From: Paragordius varius | Taxonomy: Eukaryota > Animalia > Nematomorpha | Assembly: GCA_964247055.1 (NCBI GenBank) | Contig: OZ176054.1 | Coordinates: forward strand, 12,338,001 to 12,402,000 | Direction: 5' to 3' | Length of the DNA stretch: 64,000 nt | In this document: in pieces, positions 61,130-64,000 of the stretch | Layout of the letters: every line of letters starts with the position of its first letter | Position numbering within the stretch: the stretch's first letter is position 1 | Position numbers and translations under genes: made by a program | The notes under the pieces: model-generated | The model's database searches: none | What the model saw: the letters and a program-made list of their open reading frames with translations, nothing else | Told to the model about the DNA's origin: nothing

Positions 61130-62725
61130 ATGAGATCATTGGACTGTTATGTTAACGAAAGCACTTTTTATAAATCTCCGTTTCGTCCTTTGGAACAAAT
61201 ATTTTTTGTTTATATATTGGGCATATTATTATTTTTTGGTGTATTAGCCCAGATATTTTACTTTATTTGCATTTTTATAATAATATGGCATAAATATTTT
61301 AATAAATACCATAATAAACTTCTAAACTTATTAAAATCAAAATCCAATCCAATCAAAAAAGAATCCATGATGTCGTTTTATCTAAGCAGAATACAAATTG
61401 AATACGAACACCTTGCCAAGCTACATAGAAATATAAATAAGCAATTTTATTTGGGAGTATCGGTTATTTTTATGTATGACGTTATGGCTTCTATTAATTT
61501 TATATTTTGGCCGATTCTCTATTTTTCATCCCAACAATTTGGAGTTTTTAGTTCAGGTTTTATGAATCACATGGCAGTTACCTACTGGCCATTGGAACAA
61601 CTTTTCATGACCAATGTTAATTGGCTCACTGTCTTCCTGTCTTTGGATATGGTTGTTTTGATAGCGTATCCGGAACGTTATCAAAGATACCGTAGTTTTA
61701 TGAAAATTTATATGATTTACATAATAATTATGTTATTATTAATAAATTTGGCAGGAGCTATTCCTTATGGTTTTCCATTCATAAAAGTAAGTATTTCTCC
61801 ACAAACACTATGTTTTAATATTAGTGGCCATATTCCGAAAAAAATCAAAAATGATTTTATATCAACTCATTTCCAAGAAAACAAAAATAACTTCATTGAT
61901 TTACCATCCTATTTTTATAAATATATCAATTTAACTAATAATATCCATATTTATCATTTATGTGTAAGTAACAATATCACTAATAAAAACGAGCAAATTC
62001 AAATTATTGAAAGCACATTACCTAAAGGTTACAAATATGTGTCAACCAAAGTATATACTAGTTGGAATCCTATATATGATAAAATTTATAGTATTTTCAT
62101 GTACCTCATTCCAGTTATTGTAGTTATTATTGCCAATACATATATAATGATAAAATTTTTACGCAAAACACGACGTTCCCAACGACAGACAACCCCTATT
62201 AATGATTTCCGTGTAAATACCATAGACAATGTTGAAACGGAAAAAAAGCATAAAAAACGATTACCTCACCAGGCATCTAATACCCTAAGTATTCCTGCAG
62301 CCATAGAATCTAACAGTGTGAGAAAATCGTTTGATAGCTTAAGTGAAAATTATAGAATAAATAACGAAGGGAAGCGCTGAAATTTACAAACTCAAAGAAT
62401 AGCAACCAAAGCCCAAAATATTGCACGTCTTATGATTGGACTTAACATTGAGTATCTCTTATTTAATTTACCATACGTTTTATTCATCTTTATCTTTGAT
62501 CAAGCATGGGTAGAAAACGGTAATGCCCTTATAACTAATTTACAAACCCTAATAAATACCCTAAAGTATGGAAGTCATGCTCTTAGAATCCATATTACTT
62601 TCACCATCGACAAAAACATACAAGATGTGGCTAAAAGTTTGGTAAAACTCCTGCATTACACCTGTAAATACCTGTACTATTTATACTTAAATAAAATAGG
62701 CATTAATCATCATAAAGCAGTTTAA
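61130..62725 (+). CDS. Class A (rhodopsin-like) GPCR, peptide/FMRFamide-receptor-like orphan; frame broken by one in-frame TGA at 62,378-62,380
   Basis: ORFs 61130..62380 and 62432..62725 share one frame (62,381-62,431 is 17 open codons). Seven hydrophobic segments: TM3 end FLSLDMVVLIAYP, TM5 YLIPVIVVIIANTYI, TM6 YLLFNLPY, TM7 followed by TIDKNIQ. The family call is from motif recall. It may be a pseudogene or contain an intron. Confidence 0.7.
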
Positions 62726-63736
62726 TTAAATATGTCCCAAAAACCAAATTAATCATCCATAAATCCCACATATTAGAATCACGCTATTACAATTGAATTA
62801 CAATTTTTATGCTAAAATTACCTACCGTATAATAAAATTATTAAATTAGCTCAATAAAAAAACCATAAAAAATGTTTGCACACTTTATCGCTTTTTAATT
62901 GAATAATAGAGGTTATATAAAAATTAAATTTTTCAAGTTTTTCCATAGTGTTATGACATGTCAGTTAAGTTTAAATAAAATTTAATGGAGTTTATTTTTA
63001 AAAAAACTAAAATCTGCAAACAAAACCATAAAACCTGCTTCTTATTTTGTAGAATCCTTTTTGTTTTAAGTTCCTTTATGTTAAAGGTAAACCATAAAGT
63101 TACTAATTGTCGGAAATGAGTCAATAGAGTTTTTAATTGGAAGATGTATTATTATATACTTTTTAATATTATACATATATTTACCTTATATAAATATTTT
63201 TTATAATACTCATCATTAATGTATTATAATATTATCCAATCATGTCCAATTCTAAAAATTTTCAAAATATATTTATTATAGGTTATATATTGTGCAATTA
63301 TAAATAAATGGTAAAAAAAAATTGGTATTTTATTTCTTTCAAATCTATAATGTAGAATAATCCCTACGTAATACTTTTCATATATAAAGCAATACTCTTT
63401 ATATGAGATATACCCAATCCAATTTAGGTTTAAGAGGCTACATATATAACATCAAAGGTATAATATGTATTAACAAAGAAATTTATTTTCAATATATTCT
63501 TCGCTACTCGAATAGTTAAAAACATAAACTACGAAAATGTTAAGCATAGGGTAAACACGTATATTTTCGCTGATTTTTTTTATTGTTAGCAATTAATTTT
63601 GGTCATAAATAACCACACATTCTGGTTAAACAACCTAAATTGTTTGCCCATATTATGATAATTACAGAATTTAACGGTTATACTATTTTTGCACATAGTT
63701 CATGCCTTTTTAAAAAAATCTGCCATTAGTTTAAAG

Positions 63737-63760
63737 CAGAGGTGATCAACGCGTGGCCCT
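63737..63760 (+). mobile_element. Possible left TIR of a hAT-type element (partner end not in window)
   Basis: CAGAGGTGATCAACGCGTGGCCC resembles Charlie/hAT termini (CAG-GGT---CAAC-----GGCCC) and follows GTTTAAAG. Confidence 0.3.
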
Positions 63761-64000
63761 CTTAAACATTCAGGCAACCAAAAATTTGGGAATCCATAAA
63801 TGTTGACAAAATCATATTAAAATTGATATTTCTGAAATAAAAATTGCGAAAATGTGTATCCATTTGGCAACGAACTAGAAAAATTTTTTATATTGTATTT
63901 GCTTCTAACAGTTTTATGTTTGAAATGTAAAAAAACAATATTTATTGATGCACATTAATATTTCAAATGCGATTACCGTAGTTTTTTGAGTTGAAGATGC

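Noticed and set aside
62378-62380. Genome-wide TGA-to-Trp reassignment, or selenocysteine
   Set aside because: Every Trp codon I read in the COLGALT exons is TGG despite strong AT bias. The TGA lies in a non-conserved loop, and no SECIS could be identified by eye. Not formally excluded.
62432-62725. Treating the 97-aa ORF as an independent gene
   Set aside because: It is in frame with the upstream GPCR ORF and supplies its missing TM6-7.
1-64000. Naming the organism
   Set aside because: AT richness and micro-introns hint at a derived invertebrate, possibly a parasite, but no diagnostic marker is present and a database search is required.

Overview
Very AT-rich eukaryotic DNA from an animal, judged by its COLGALT and class A GPCR genes; the taxon cannot be fixed from sequence alone. 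All coordinates, lengths and identities were read by hand. (1) 1-~39,678 is one uninterrupted, single-orientation satellite array of ~480 monomers of 81-82 bp. Each monomer is built from four ~20-bp CAACAAT subunits. The array has diverged edges, mirrored outer layers and a near-identical core. Every ORF in this region is a repeat artefact. (2) A Helitron-like 3' end lies ~370 bp past the array, followed by an intergenic stretch with MITEs and a 2.5-kb palindromic TTA-flanked element nested in a MITE. (3) 46,302-60,960 (minus strand) is a complete 14-exon procollagen galactosyltransferase gene (COLGALT/GT25, 641 aa, ending REEL). Its first three introns are only 23, 25 and 27 nt; the other ten are 0.44-2.8 kb and mostly carry MITEs. 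(4) Head-to-head with it, 169 bp away, is a class A peptide-type GPCR reading frame (61,130-62,725) interrupted by a single in-frame TGA between TM5 and TM6. No rRNA, tRNA, CRISPR array or intact transposase was recognised.
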